A stretch of DNA of 63,866 bases, counting the filler. It is 5 parts of 5 records of this genome, joined end to end, with 100 filler letters (N's around TTAATTAATTAA, not from the genome) between each part and the next. Parts side by side here need not be neighbours in the genome. Positions count along the whole stretch, not along the records: positions 19,860 to 38,771 come from SRR31156797_1325; positions 38,872 to 44,501 come from SRR31156797_1331; 3 more parts are not named here. One strand, 5' to 3'. The notes under the pieces were generated by a model. It saw only the letters and a program-made list of their open reading frames with translations, did no database searches and had not been told where the DNA came from. Of this stretch, positions 30,119 through 41,289 are shown piece by piece (positions within the stretch are counted from its first letter, which is position 1; the number at the start of each line of letters is the position of its first letter). Position numbers and translations under genes: made by a program.

Positions 30119-30251
30119 AACTTAACTTTTTCGAATATTTTAATGTTTTTTTCAAAGTACCTGCAACCTTCTTTCTATTCAGTTGTCATTGGTTAGTAAT
30201 CGCGATTTATTAATACCAGGGTTCGATATAACATTTCGAATTCAAATTATC

Positions 30252-32633
30252 ATGAAATCCATTTATTCAAACCATAAAATGAGAACTGTATTTAACACCA
30301 TTGTAATAAGTTTGTTTTTAGCATGTACCTCGCTGGTTTATGCTGAGAACGAAGTGCCACCCGCAGAGAAAGATCTGGTGGTTTTAAGCGGAACCATCAA
30401 GGATGGTAACACCGGAGAGCTTTTAATAGGGGCTTCGGTCTATTTTAAAGAACTCAAAAACGGTACTATTTCCAACTTGTACGGTTTCTATTCTTTTAGC
30501 GTACAACCCGGAACATACCATGTCGATTTTGTTTACCTGGGCTACAAAACCATTTCTAAAACATTGGAAATAAAATCGGATCTAAACTTAAACATCGATT
30601 TGTTTGCCGATACCGAATCTATTGAAGAAATAACCGTCACTTCAAAAAAGGTGGATGCTCATGTGCGTGATGCGCAAATGAGTGTACAAAAACTGCAAAA
30701 CAAAGATATTAAAGCCGTTCCTGCCTTAATGGGCGAAGTAGATGTGATTAAAGTACTTCAGCTTATGCCAGGCGTAGTGGCCACCAGTGAAGGTTCAAGT
30801 GGTTTTAGCGTGCGTGGTGGTAACCCCGACCAAAACCTTATTTTATTGGATGAAGCCATTGTTTACAATGCAGGTCATATGTTAGGTTTCTTTTCTGTTT
30901 TTAATAACGATGCCATTAAAGATGTTCAGTTATATAAAGGTGATATTCCGGCAAACTATGGCGGACGACTATCATCATTGGTGGATGTACGCATGAACGA
31001 TGGAAACAACAAAAAATGGGAAGGTAATGGCGGCATTGGCTTAATCTCTTCCAGATTAACCTTGCAGGGACCAATTGTCAAAGATAAAACATCGATAATT
31101 GTCAGTGGACGAAGAACCTATGCTGATATGTTTTTACCACTGTTTGCGAATGAGGATAATCAGGACAGTAAAATATTCTTTTATGACATCAATGCTAAAG
31201 TAAAGCATGTAATCAATAACAACAACCGTTTATACCTGAGTTTTTATACCGGTAGAGATATGTTTAAAGGAACCGGATTTGGTATGGATTACGGTAACCG
31301 AACACTTACTTTTAGATGGAACCATGTGTTTAATCCTAAATTATTTTCAAATATTACTTTAATCAATAGTAATTACGACTATCACCTGAAATCGGATGAT
31401 GATGCAACTGGCTTTAAATGGGACAGTCAATTAACCGACTATAGTTTGAAAATGGATTTTAATTACTATTTAAATCCTAACAACACCATCAGTTTTGGTG
31501 GACAGACTTTATTTCATACTATGAAACCAGCCACTGCCATGGGAGTGGGTGAAGATCCATTGTTGGATAAAATTGTAATTCCCGATGCACATGCATTGGA
31601 ACATGCGTTGTATATAGGCAATGCACAATCTTTAGGTCGTTTAAATATTAAATACGGCTTGCGTTTATCCGGACTTCAGAATATTGGTCAAGGCACCGTT
31701 TATTCCTACGACGAAAACTATGAAGAAACCGATAAAAAAGAATATGAATCGGGCGATGTTTTTAATAGTTATTGGGGATTGGAGCCAAGACTCGGCTTAT
31801 CATACATGCTCAATAATTCCACATCATTAAAAGGAAGTTATGCCAGAACACGTCAGTACCTGCATTTAGCCAGTAATTCCACTTCTGGTACACCTTTAGA
31901 TGTTTGGTTTATGTCTTCACCTAATATTGAACCACAAATAAGTGATCAGTTTTCAGTAGGTTATTTTAAAAACTTATCCGACAATAGCATCGAAACTTCT
32001 GTAGAGGTGTTTTACAAGGACATGCAAAACACCATCGACTTTAAAGATCACCCAGATTTATTGCTCAACGAAAAAATGGAAGGCGAACTTCGCATAGGTA
32101 AATCCTGGGCCTATGGAGCCGAGTTTCTGGTGAAAGTAAAGAAGGAAAAATACAGCGGATGGATTGGCTACACCTGGAGTAAATCGTGGCGTAAAATTCC
32201 GGAAATTAACGAGGGACAGAAATACCTTTCTCCATATAGTCACGATCACGATATTTCTCTTGTTTTTAATCACAAAGTAGGAAAACGCGGGCAACTGGGT
32301 TTTAACTGGATTTATACAACCGGATCGCCAATGACCACGCCAACCGGACGCATATTTGTTGGCGGTGATGTGATTCCGATCTATTCAAAGCGTAATGCTG
32401 AAAATATGCCCGACTACCATCGTATGGATATTTCATATACTTTAAAAACTAAAAATAAGAAAAACAGAAAGTGGGAAGGTGAATGGAACTTTGCCCTGTA
32501 CAATGCCTATGGTCGCAAGAATGCCTGGTCTATCTATTACGATCAGGATAAAGAAGATCCATATAAAATTACAGCTAAAAAAACATATCTGTTTCAATTT
32601 GTACCTTCTGTAACCTACAACTTTAAATTTTAA
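30252..32633 (+). CDS. TonB-dependent outer-membrane receptor
   Basis: CarboxypepD_reg-like N-terminus; plug LQLMPGV...SVRGG...NLILLD; C-terminal YNFKF; start could also be 30279. Confidence 0.92.
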   Translation: MKSIYSNHKMRTVFNTIVISLFLACTSLVYAENEVPPAEKDLVVLSGTIKDGNTGELLIGASVYFKELKNGTISNLYGFYSFSVQPGTYHVDFVYLGYKTISKTLEIKSDLNLNIDLFADTESIEEITVTSKKVDAHVRDAQMSVQKLQNKDIKAVPALMGEVDVIKVLQLMPGVVATSEGSSGFSVRGGNPDQNLILLDEAIVYNAGHMLGFFSVFNNDAIKDVQLYKGDIPANYGGRLSSLVDVRMNDGNNKKWEGNGGIGLISSRLTLQGPIVKDKTSIIVSGRRTYADMFLPLFANEDNQDSKIFFYDINAKVKHVINNNNRLYLSFYTGRDMFKGTGFGMDYGNRTLTFRWNHVFNPKLFSNITLINSNYDYHLKSDDDATGFKWDSQLTDYSLKMDFNYYLNPNNTISFGGQTLFHTMKPATAMGVGEDPLLDKIVIPDAHALEHALYIGNAQSLGRLNIKYGLRLSGLQNIGQGTVYSYDENYEETDKKEYESGDVFNSYWGLEPRLGLSYMLNNSTSLKGSYARTRQYLHLASNSTSGTPLDVWFMSSPNIEPQISDQFSVGYFKNLSDNSIETSVEVFYKDMQNTIDFKDHPDLLLNEKMEGELRIGKSWAYGAEFLVKVKKEKYSGWIGYTWSKSWRKIPEINEGQKYLSPYSHDHDISLVFNHKVGKRGQLGFNWIYTTGSPMTTPTGRIFVGGDVIPIYSKRNAENMPDYHRMDISYTLKTKNKKNRKWEGEWNFALYNAYGRKNAWSIYYDQDKEDPYKITAKKTYLFQFVPSVTYNFKF

Positions 32634-32636
32634 GTC

Positions 32637-33533
32637 ATGCATAAAATACACCTATATATCGCACTTTTACTTACCTCGCTTGGTCTGTATTCCTGCGAAG
32701 AAGAAATTGACATGAAGTACAAAACATCAGAACCACAACTAGTGGTGGATGCTGTTTTTACCGATGTTGATCAAGAGCATTATGTCATCCTTTCTAAATC
32801 GGCAGTATTTGATAGCGGAGAGCCCAACCCTTATATTTCTGATGCCACCGTTACTTTAAGTGATGGCGAAAACGAAATTACCTTAAGCGAAATGGAAGGA
32901 ACACCCGGTACTTATGTTATTCCACAGGCCTACCATGCCATCTACGGAAAAACTTATACTTTAAGTATTTCAGGTATAGATATCAATCAGGATGGCCAAG
33001 AAGAAATTTACCAAGCCTCAAATACACTGAAGCCTGTTGCTCCGGTTGATTCTGTTGGTCTAACATGGACTACCGCTTATGGACAAAAAGAATGGCAGGT
33101 ATTGTTGTACAGTAAAGATCCGGAAGAAACAAGGGACTTTTATGCTTTTTCGGTGTCTGTAAACAATGAATTAATCACACCTAAAATATCGGAACTTGAA
33201 TTTGCGGACGACAAATATTTTAATGGAAATGATGTAGTTGGCGTTTGGGTGCAAAGTATAATTGAGGAGGATGAAGACGGTGAAGTCACTAAGTATCCTT
33301 TAAAAGAAGGAGATTGGGTAAAACTGGAAATGCAAGGTCTTAACGAAGACTATTACAATTTTATACTTGCCGTAGATATTGAAACCGGTATTAAAGTCCC
33401 TCTTTTTAGTGGCCCTCCCGCTAATGTTCCAACAAATATTAGCAATGGAGGCATTGGTTTCTTTAGAGTTTATTCTGTTTCTCAGGATTCTATTCAGGTA
33501 ACAACTGAAATTTTAAATCAACGAGATTCTTAG
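32637..33533 (+). CDS. DUF4249-type lipoprotein partner of the TonB receptor
   Basis: Lipobox LYSC; PQLVVDA; PANVPTNISNGGIGFF. Confidence 0.8.
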   Translation: MHKIHLYIALLLTSLGLYSCEEEIDMKYKTSEPQLVVDAVFTDVDQEHYVILSKSAVFDSGEPNPYISDATVTLSDGENEITLSEMEGTPGTYVIPQAYHAIYGKTYTLSISGIDINQDGQEEIYQASNTLKPVAPVDSVGLTWTTAYGQKEWQVLLYSKDPEETRDFYAFSVSVNNELITPKISELEFADDKYFNGNDVVGVWVQSIIEEDEDGEVTKYPLKEGDWVKLEMQGLNEDYYNFILAVDIETGIKVPLFSGPPANVPTNISNGGIGFFRVYSVSQDSIQVTTEILNQRDS

Positions 33534-33540
33534 TTTTATA

Positions 33541-33687
33541 CTTATTAGCCAATGGCTATCTTCTAGCCTTTGATTTAAAAAGCCATTAGCTCTTAGCTTT
33601 TGGCTTTTATATATTCAGATTAAAACTATTAGCTGATAACTGTTCACCAATCACTGTTTACTGAAGACTGCTAACTGATCACTGCTT
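33541..33687. repeat. Heptamer tandem repeats between convergent genes
   Basis: TAGC/TGGC heptamers at 33541-33606; eight ACTGNNN-type units at 33632-33687. Confidence 0.7.
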
Positions 33688-34309
33688 AGTGCAGTTTATT
33701 CGATATAATATTAAAAAACTCTTCTCTTGTAGTCTGATTATTTAAAAAAGCCCCTGTAAAGTCTGAAGTCGTCGTAACAGAATGCTGTTTCTGTACTCCT
33801 CTCATCTGCATACACATATGCTGTGCTTCAATAACCACAGCTACACCCAAAGGATTTAGAGTGTTTTGAATGGCTTCTTTAATTTGGGTGGTTAACCTTT
33901 CCTGCACCTGTAACCTGCGGGCAAAAGCTTCTACCACTCTGGCAATCTTACTCAATCCTGTAATATGATGTTTGGGAATATAAGCTACATGTGCCTTTCC
34001 AAAAAAGGGTAACATATGATGCTCGCACATGGAATACAGTTCTATATCTTTTACCACTACCATTTGCTGGTAATCCTCTTTAAACATGGCCGACTTAATA
34101 ATCTCTTCCGGATCCATTTGGTAGCCCTGGGTCAGAAACTGCATAGCTTTGGCCACACGCAACGGTGTTTTCTCCAATCCCTCGCGGTTTACATCTTCAC
34201 CTAGAAGCTTAATCACCTCACTATAATGCTCCGATAAACCATTGGTTGTTTCATCGTCATAGCTCTCAACCTTGCTATAACCACCCTCTCCATTTAAAGT
34301 AAAATCCAT
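33686..34309 (-). CDS. folE: GTP cyclohydrolase I
   Basis: [50 protein letters not shown] at 34309. Confidence 0.95.
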   Translation of the reverse strand: MDFTLNGEGGYSKVESYDDETTNGLSEHYSEVIKLLGEDVNREGLEKTPLRVAKAMQFLTQGYQMDPEEIIKSAMFKEDYQQMVVVKDIELYSMCEHHMLPFFGKAHVAYIPKHHITGLSKIARVVEAFARRLQVQERLTTQIKEAIQNTLNPLGVAVVIEAQHMCMQMRGVQKQHSVTTTSDFTGAFLNNQTTREEFFNIISNKLH

Positions 34310-34457
34310 ACCTAGTAGTGTATTATGCGCTAAATAATCAGAACGCAAAAATCATAAAAAAAATCAGGAATTCACCTGATTTTGTAAAGTTTTTAGTCTT
34401 TGTCTATTGGAAAGCAGCTATTGAAACACAAAAATGTAGTAATCTTTGAAATATTCA

Positions 34458-35165
34458 TTACTCCCCGAATTTCTTTTTAAAGCGTTGCTCATAACTCGCA
34501 ATTAAAAATTCCCATTCTTCCTGCGAAATATAGTTTTGCCTTGGTTTTTTGACTTTCTTTTGCTTAGATATGGCCACTTGTTGGGCTATAGCCGTATTAC
34601 TCACTCCCAATGTTTGCGAAGGTTTCACCTGGGTTTGGTATTGAATATCCATAGAACGGGCCTGAATAAAGTTCTCTTGATTCATTTCTGCATCCCACTC
34701 TTTTACCGGCTGTGTTTTGGCCTGGTAAGTAGACATGGCCACATTATTCTGAGCCGCAATCACATTCTGATCCGATAGCAATGGCATGTTGCGTGCTATA
34801 GCATTGGGGTTCATAATTTGTGGAATAATGATCACTTCGGAAAGCACAATCGTATCTCTGCTTAAGAAAACACCCATCAGATAATTATCGTTGGATAGTG
34901 AATCATGCACCTGAACCATTAAGGGTTTAAAACCCACATATGAAAACTGAACCACATCGCCACTCTTAGCCCAAAATGAAAATTGCCCTTCCTCGTTACT
35001 GGTAAATCCTGTTTTATCATTAATAACATACTTGGCATGCGGAAGGGTAAATAAACTATCACCTTCCATGATCACACCTCTGAACAACAAGGAATCTTTT
35101 GCTATTTGGGCTTTTAAGGTAAAAGTGAAAAACAACAGAAAGAGATAAAGATATTTCGTTTTCAT
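34458..35165 (-). CDS. Secreted hypothetical protein with carboxypeptidase-regulatory-like domain
   Basis: Signal peptide; SNEEGQFSF, FSYVGFK, LSEVII. Confidence 0.6.
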   Translation of the reverse strand: MKTKYLYLFLLFFTFTLKAQIAKDSLLFRGVIMEGDSLFTLPHAKYVINDKTGFTSNEEGQFSFWAKSGDVVQFSYVGFKPLMVQVHDSLSNDNYLMGVFLSRDTIVLSEVIIIPQIMNPNAIARNMPLLSDQNVIAAQNNVAMSTYQAKTQPVKEWDAEMNQENFIQARSMDIQYQTQVKPSQTLGVSNTAIAQQVAISKQKKVKKPRQNYISQEEWEFLIASYEQRFKKKFGE

Positions 35166-35273
35166 AACCTCAGGATTTATAAAATGAAAGACTTTTCTAT
35201 AAGTAAAACAACCTAAGGAGAAATAGGTTGTTGGTAAGAGGGATAAAAGGTGCCCAAGAAGGCACCTTTTTAT

Positions 35274-35840
35274 CTATAATTTAACGATGATATCTTCTAA
35301 ACTTCTTTTAGGCACATGATGCACCTCTTTCATATCTCGCCAGTATTTAAAATCCTTATCCAATTCTTCTATTACAACTTCTTCCTTAGGCACACCTAAA
35401 GCAATTACCTGCACAATTTTATATTGTGGTGGTATTTCTAACTCACGCTGTAATTGAAGACGCTCTACAGATCCGATAATACATCCGCCCAATCCTTTTT
35501 CTACTGCTCCTAACAAAATACTTTGTGCTGCAATTCCATTATCACTAAAAAAGTTAGATGAAATAGCCGTATCATTCAGCATAATAATATAAGCTGCAGG
35601 TCTTTCTCCTTCCTCTGGCCCATGCCATTCTGTAAGGTAACCTGCCCACGACAAATGCTTAAAAATAACACTGTTTTGTTCCGGATCGGTTGAAAGAATG
35701 TACTTTAAAGGCTGGGCATTACGTGCCGAAGGTGACAAACGAGCCAAATTAATAAGTTCCATCAAAGTATCTTCATTTACTTTCTGGTCCTGATAGAAAC
35801 GTCTGTAGCTTCGGTTTTTTAAAATCAGATCTTTTAGCAT
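35274..35840 (-). CDS. Nitroreductase family protein
   Basis: NRSYRRF, SPSARNAQP, GLGGCIIG, VPKRSL; terminator AAAAGGTGCC...GGCACCTTTT at 35246-35270. Confidence 0.9.
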   Translation of the reverse strand: MLKDLILKNRSYRRFYQDQKVNEDTLMELINLARLSPSARNAQPLKYILSTDPEQNSVIFKHLSWAGYLTEWHGPEEGERPAAYIIMLNDTAISSNFFSDNGIAAQSILLGAVEKGLGGCIIGSVERLQLQRELEIPPQYKIVQVIALGVPKEEVVIEELDKDFKYWRDMKEVHHVPKRSLEDIIVKL

Positions 35841-35867
35841 ACTAAGGGATTTTTTTAAGGTAAATAA

Positions 35868-36443
35868 TTAGAATCTCTCTCCAACTACACTCCAGTCAAT
35901 CAGTTTCCAGAAACTGGCAATATAGTCTGGTCTTTTATTTTGATAGTCTAAATAATAAGCATGTTCCCAAACATCACAAGTCAAAATAGGTGTTAATCCA
36001 TCTGTCATTGGATTGGCAGCATTGCTGGTTTGCACAATCTTTAAAGCACCACTAGCATCTTTTACTAACCAGGCCCAACCCGATCCAAATAAAGTAGCTG
36101 CTGCTTTCGAATATTCTTCTTTAAAAGCATCAAAACTTCCAAAAGCTGCACTAATCGCTTCAGCTAAAGCACCTGTAGGTTCTCCTCCTCCATTTGGAGA
36201 AAACGAAGTAAAGTAAAAAGTATGGTTCCAAACCTGAGCGGCATTATTAAAAATACCACCTTGAGATTTTTTAATGATAGTTTCTAAATCTGCACTTTCA
36301 AACTCAGTTCCTGCTATCAGGTTATTCAGGTTGTTTACATAAGCCTGGTGATGCTTTCCGTAATGGAATTCAATGGTAGTTTTTGAAATAGTAGGTTCTA
36401 AAGCATCTGCTGCATAAGGTAATTGTGGTAATTCAAATTTCAT
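35868..36443 (-). CDS. sodB: Fe/Mn superoxide dismutase
   Basis: [31 protein letters not shown]. Confidence 0.95.
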   Translation of the reverse strand: MKFELPQLPYAADALEPTISKTTIEFHYGKHHQAYVNNLNNLIAGTEFESADLETIIKKSQGGIFNNAAQVWNHTFYFTSFSPNGGGEPTGALAEAISAAFGSFDAFKEEYSKAAATLFGSGWAWLVKDASGALKIVQTSNAANPMTDGLTPILTCDVWEHAYYLDYQNKRPDYIASFWKLIDWSVVGERF

Positions 36444-36593
36444 GATCGTCTGTTTTTAAATTTTGTCTATTCGTAAGATAAGGTGTTTTGTAAAACTTTT
36501 ACCTAAACACCATTAACAAATTTAAAAAAACCGAGATGAAATCCTATGGTAAACGACCTTAATTAAACATTTAATTACCGTTTTATGTATATT

Positions 36594-36624
36594 AAAAAAG
36601 CCGGCTCGAAAAATCCGAACCGGC
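36594..36624 (-). terminator. Intrinsic terminator (copy 1 of a duplicated element)
   Basis: Minus-strand GCCGGTTCG...CGAGCCGGC followed by TTTTTT. Confidence 0.75.
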
Positions 36625-36631
36625 CTTCCCT

Positions 36632-38185
36632 TTATTTATTATCTAAACTAACTTTTCGCCATTCCTCCCTAAGTAAAGGAATTGATTGTTGCGTGTTACC
36701 ATTTAGAAATTCTTCTATATTCTCTATGGAATGGTTATTTTCTATATTAATATCTTTATTAAGATAAATTAATAACAATTGCCTTGCAGTTTCTGCATCA
36801 CACTTTTCATTTCCTCCATTATTAATATTACCTAATACTTGATCCACTCGCTTCCAAAGGCCATAATTGAGTGTGTCTGATTTAAATCCTAAAAGCCAAT
36901 TCGTAAACTTATAATCTTGATTAAAAAAAAGATCCCAATATTTGTTTGACTTATCTCTAAGCTCTGCGGAATTGTAAGCAAGCGAATTTATTCCTTCTAA
37001 AACATCAAAATATCTTCGAATGTCATCAAATGTTATTTGCGTTGCATCATCTTGTTTTGGTTCGATACTTAATTCATCTAGTCGTACCATATTAAATACC
37101 GTTACAAACTGAGGTTTTACAGCCCATACTCCATATTTATCTACAAATCCATATAAGCGGTTTTTACGGACAACAGCATAATCGTCTGAAAATGGTTTTG
37201 CATCATCAAACTGGGGAAATATTGCCCAATCGCCAGTCTTGCTAATATATCCATGATCACTCCATTTCTTATCTTTATCCTTTCTTTTTTCTTTTGAAGT
37301 AAAGAATGTTGAAGCTGCTACTAAATCGTTACTCACTCCATAAACAAAATGACAATTCTCTATTTTTTTGGTCGTACCATTTTTATAAATAATAATACCG
37401 TGCCTTGTTTCATTTTGTCCAACAGTCCAATCTGCTCCTTCTTCAAAAGAATGTATATTTTTAAACCTAAATTGAATAACCTGATTTCCTAGAGTGTCAA
37501 TTACCCCCATGAAACCAGTAGAATTACCAACTATCGCTAAATTGTTTGAAAAAGCAGAACCCTCTTCATATATGGGCTTAATAACTACTTCTCCTTCTTT
37601 GTTAAGATATCCTTTTTTGCCCTCATAAGTCTCAAATAAAGCTCTTCCATTATTAAAAGGACTCAAACTTTTTAATTCTTGAATTGATACCAACTTTTCT
37701 TTTCCATCTCGATTAATCAAATGGTACGCTCCATTAACTTTTCCAACTGCAATATCATTTATAAATGGAGATAAGGTGTCATACTTCGCTTCAACGATAA
37801 TTTCTCCATCTGTATCTATAATCCCCTTCTTTTTGTTATTAGCCTCAATAACTAAAGAATTTTCAATTACTTTTGCCACATAGGGATAGCCTTTCATGGA
37901 CTTCTTTAAACTGTATTCTTCTGTTGACCTTAAAACCGTATCTCCTTTAATATTTATATAATAAACTAGATCATTTAAATTATCATATATTCCGGCAAAG
38001 CCACATTTACTAAATGGGTATGCATAATTATATATTGGAGGTATTATAAAATCTCCTCTTTCATTAATATAGCCCCATTTACTGCTCTTTGTGTCCTTTA
38101 CACAGGCAATATATTTTTGAGATAACAAATTATTACTCAAGAATACCAATACAAATAGTAGAATAACAGATTTGGATAGATTCAT
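36632..38185 (-). CDS. WG-repeat (KWG-like) secreted protein
   Basis: Repeated KWGYINERG, KKGIIDTDG, KKGYLNKEG, LYGFVDKYG units; signal peptide. Confidence 0.85.
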   Translation of the reverse strand: MNLSKSVILLFVLVFLSNNLLSQKYIACVKDTKSSKWGYINERGDFIIPPIYNYAYPFSKCGFAGIYDNLNDLVYYINIKGDTVLRSTEEYSLKKSMKGYPYVAKVIENSLVIEANNKKKGIIDTDGEIIVEAKYDTLSPFINDIAVGKVNGAYHLINRDGKEKLVSIQELKSLSPFNNGRALFETYEGKKGYLNKEGEVVIKPIYEEGSAFSNNLAIVGNSTGFMGVIDTLGNQVIQFRFKNIHSFEEGADWTVGQNETRHGIIIYKNGTTKKIENCHFVYGVSNDLVAASTFFTSKEKRKDKDKKWSDHGYISKTGDWAIFPQFDDAKPFSDDYAVVRKNRLYGFVDKYGVWAVKPQFVTVFNMVRLDELSIEPKQDDATQITFDDIRRYFDVLEGINSLAYNSAELRDKSNKYWDLFFNQDYKFTNWLLGFKSDTLNYGLWKRVDQVLGNINNGGNEKCDAETARQLLLIYLNKDINIENNHSIENIEEFLNGNTQQSIPLLREEWRKVSLDNK

Positions 38186-38260
38186 ATTACAAATAAATTA
38201 GAAAAAGTTAAAGATAATATGCTATAATGTACTACAAAGAAATAGCTATGATTTTATGTA

Positions 38261-38291
38261 AAAAAAAGCCGGCTCGTAAATTCGAACCGGC
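38261..38291 (-). terminator. groEL terminator (copy 2 of the duplicated element)
   Basis: Same stem as 36594-36624, followed by a T run on the minus strand. Confidence 0.75.
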
Positions 38292-38350
38292 TATATTATT
38301 TCTGACATTATTTCTAATGATCTAATGCCAATTAACTAATGATCTACTTA

Positions 38351-38771
38351 TTACATCATTCCAGGCATTCCGCCGCCCATGCCGCCCATGCCTCCGGCAG
38401 GCATAGCTGGCTCATCCTCTTGCTCATCCACAATTACACACTCTGTTGTTAAGAACATACCCGCAATAGACGCTGCATTTTCAAGTGCAATACGTGTTAC
38501 TTTAGCAGGATCAATTACACCTGTTGAAAAGAAGTTTTGATACTCATCAATACGCGCATTGTATCCATAGTCGCCTTCTCCTTCTTTTACTTTTTGTACA
38601 ATTACAGCACCTTCTTTACCTGCATTAGCTACAATCTGACGTAATGGCTCTTCAATCGCTCTTTTCACGATTTCGATACCAGTGTTCTCGTCTTCAGTTT
38701 CACCTTTTAATCCTTCAAGCGCAGCAATAGCACGGATTAATGCAACACCACCTCCAGGAACAATTCCTTCT
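38351..38771 (-). CDS. groL: Chaperonin GroEL, 3' part (truncated by contig end)
   Basis: [49 protein letters not shown] tail. Confidence 0.97.
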
Positions 38772-38871
38772 NNNNNNNNNNNNNNNNNNNNNNNNNNNNN
38801 NNNNNNNNNNNNNNNTTAATTAATTAANNNNNNNNNNNNNNNNNNNNNNNNNNNNNNNNNNNNNNNNNNNN
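38772..38871. other. Artificial contig spacer
   Basis: N run + TTAATTAATTAA + N run. Confidence 0.98.
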
Positions 38872-38940
38872 AAATTTGTAAAACAAAGTTTTGGCTACGT
38901 GTTGGTTTTCAGTGTATTGCAAGCAAGAAAACTCTCACAA

Positions 38941-38962
38941 GCCGCAACGTTGTGTTTCATGC
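38941..38962 (+). mobile_element. Right end of an attC-like site (left arm probably lost at the contig edge)
   Basis: CAAC-GTTGTGTTTCATGC has the same CAAC/GAC-GTT end as the downstream sites. Confidence 0.45.
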
Positions 38963-39094
38963 AAAAGCCCATGTAACTTAAGCCAGTCCACAATAGCACA
39001 TCTATAGTTGGCTTCACTGAACTTCGTTTTAACCATATTAATGCTGATGCCAGAAATTATAAAAGAGCACTTTTACCAACCCAAATAAGAAAGT

Positions 39095-39102
39095 TATATT
39101 TG
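39095..39102 (+). promoter_or_regulatory. Bacteroidota -7 promoter element, probably near-leaderless
   Basis: TATATTTG matches TAnnTTTG, 4 nt before the ATG at 39107. Confidence 0.45.
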
Positions 39103-39106
39103 TAAA

Positions 39107-41245
39107 ATGACAGATACGGTTAGTAATATCCAATTATATAAATCCTTATTTAAAGGACGAACTGATGTTTATGCTTTACGATGGCAAAAAGATGGAAGAA
39201 GTGGTTATATGCCTGCCTACAAAGTTGATTGGACAGATTACAATAAACACAAGGCTCAGGGAGGAACATTCAAAGATTATAAAAACAAGGAATATTTACC
39301 GTATGATGAAAAAGCTATTGAAAATCATTTGTCGGGTAAGGAAACGCATGGCATTTATCCCCTTTTAGAGGACAATACTTCATTTTTTATAGCTGTTGAT
39401 TTTGATAAACAAAACTGGAAGGAGACTATTTTAAGGTTATATGAAACTTGCCAAAAGTTTGAATTGCCAGCATACATTGAACGTTCAAGGTCTGGAAATG
39501 GTGGGCATTTGTGGATATTTTTCGAAAAAGCATTTCCTGCAGAACAAAGTAGGAAAATCATGTTTGAGTTATTACGCCACTCTAATATTATATCTCATTT
39601 TGAAAAAGAGCCAAGTTTCGACCGATTATTTCCAAATCAGGATTATCATTCAGGTAAAGGAATGGGTAATTTAATAGCATTGCCATTACAAGGAAAGTCT
39701 ACAGAACAAGGTAATTCATGTTATATTAATCCGGAATCGTTTGAGCCTTATCAAAACCAATGGGAATATCTTGAAACCATTGAAAAGGTTTCTGTCCAAA
39801 AGTTAAAAGACCTATACGAAGAATTTTTTAATGCAAAACCACAGGAAGTTTTTGTTTCTTCATCTAAAAATGGAAAAGCTAATTTCCAACTTGAAATTGA
39901 AATAAGTAATCAGATTTATCTTAAACGAGCACAGTTAAGTCAAAAGCTGATTGTGTTTTTACGTGAGCAGTTGAATTTCTATAATTCTGATTATTTGGTT
40001 AAAAAGAATCTTGGAAAGAGTGTTTTTAATACTGATAAGTTCTTTAAGCTAATCGAAGAATCTGAGAATGAAGTTATGATTCCACGAGGATTCTCAGCTA
40101 ATCTGGTTCAATTCTGCAATAAAGAGTCAATACCGTATAAGATAATTGACAAGAGAGAGAAAAAAGATTCGATTGACTTTGATTCAAACATTGAATTGTT
40201 AGACCATCAGGAACTGGCTATTGAAAAATCAAGAGCGAAGGATTTTGGTGTTATAGTTTCACCGCCAGGTTCCGGGAAAACTGTGATTGGGCTTGAAGTA
40301 ATTTCTGAAAAGCGTCAACCTGCATTAATAATTGTTCATCGCAAACAATTATTCGACCAGTGGATTGAACGAATTCAGGGTTTTCTTAAAATTCCAAAAA
40401 AAGAAATCGGACAAATCGGAAATCAGAAAAAGAAGATAGGCAAGCAAATAACAATAGCAATGATTCAGTCTCTTTCTCGGATTGATGATTATTCTGAAAT
40501 TTCAAATGCATTTGGAACTATCATCATTGATGAGTGCCATCATATCCCTGCTAAATCTTTTCGCGAAGCCATTGTAAATTTCAATGCCTTTTATCTTTAT
40601 GGTTTAACCGCTACTCCTAAACGAAAAAACAATGACCAAAAATTGATTTTTGTATATATCGGAAATATACTTCATCAAGTTAACCAAACAGATTATTTAG
40701 CTGAAAAAAATATTAAGACTGAACTCAATATCAAGGAAACTGAACTTTTTGCTCCATTTGATTATAAGTTAGATAAATACGAAACAACTTCAAGAATCCT
40801 TGTTCATGATACTCAAAGAAATTCGCTGATATTAAACGATATTGAGGAAAATGCGAATCGTTTTAAAACCATTCTATTTTTATCTGAAAGAAAGGCACAT
40901 GTTGATATTTTGAATTTGTATTTGAAAGACAAATATGAAACAATCACAATTCATGGTGAGGATTCAGAAAGTTCAAGAAAAAGTAAAATTGAACAAATTA
41001 AACAAGGCCATTTTAAAATTGTAATTTCGACAGGTCAATATTTTGGAGAGGGTATTGATATTAGTAATCTGGAATGTCTGTTTATCGTTTATCCATTTGC
41101 TTTTGAGGGGAAATTAATTCAGTATATTGGTAGGATTCAACGTTCCGAAAATCCTCCTGTTATATTTGATTATCGGGATTCAAAAATTGATTATTTTGAA
41201 AAGATGTTTAAACAGCGAAATCGCTATTACAAGAAATTATTGTAA
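39107..41245 (+). CDS. AEP/TOTE-type primase-like domain fused to SF2 (DExH, Res-like) helicase
   Basis: N-terminal GIYPL...AVDFD, ERSRSGNGGHLWIFF, DRLFPNQD, GNLIALPLQ; Walker A PPGSGKT, DECHH, LTATP, GEGID, QYIGRIQR. Confidence 0.85.
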   Translation: MTDTVSNIQLYKSLFKGRTDVYALRWQKDGRSGYMPAYKVDWTDYNKHKAQGGTFKDYKNKEYLPYDEKAIENHLSGKETHGIYPLLEDNTSFFIAVDFDKQNWKETILRLYETCQKFELPAYIERSRSGNGGHLWIFFEKAFPAEQSRKIMFELLRHSNIISHFEKEPSFDRLFPNQDYHSGKGMGNLIALPLQGKSTEQGNSCYINPESFEPYQNQWEYLETIEKVSVQKLKDLYEEFFNAKPQEVFVSSSKNGKANFQLEIEISNQIYLKRAQLSQKLIVFLREQLNFYNSDYLVKKNLGKSVFNTDKFFKLIEESENEVMIPRGFSANLVQFCNKESIPYKIIDKREKKDSIDFDSNIELLDHQELAIEKSRAKDFGVIVSPPGSGKTVIGLEVISEKRQPALIIVHRKQLFDQWIERIQGFLKIPKKEIGQIGNQKKKIGKQITIAMIQSLSRIDDYSEISNAFGTIIIDECHHIPAKSFREAIVNFNAFYLYGLTATPKRKNNDQKLIFVYIGNILHQVNQTDYLAEKNIKTELNIKETELFAPFDYKLDKYETTSRILVHDTQRNSLILNDIEENANRFKTILFLSERKAHVDILNLYLKDKYETITIHGEDSESSRKSKIEQIKQGHFKIVISTGQYFGEGIDISNLECLFIVYPFAFEGKLIQYIGRIQRSENPPVIFDYRDSKIDYFEKMFKQRNRYYKKLL

Positions 41246-41289
41246 GTTCTATTAGTCAATTAAAATTAACTCGAACTAATGAAATAACT

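Noticed and set aside
38351-39107. Apparent defence island inserted next to groEL
   Set aside because: groEL and the helicase lie on different contigs separated by a spacer.
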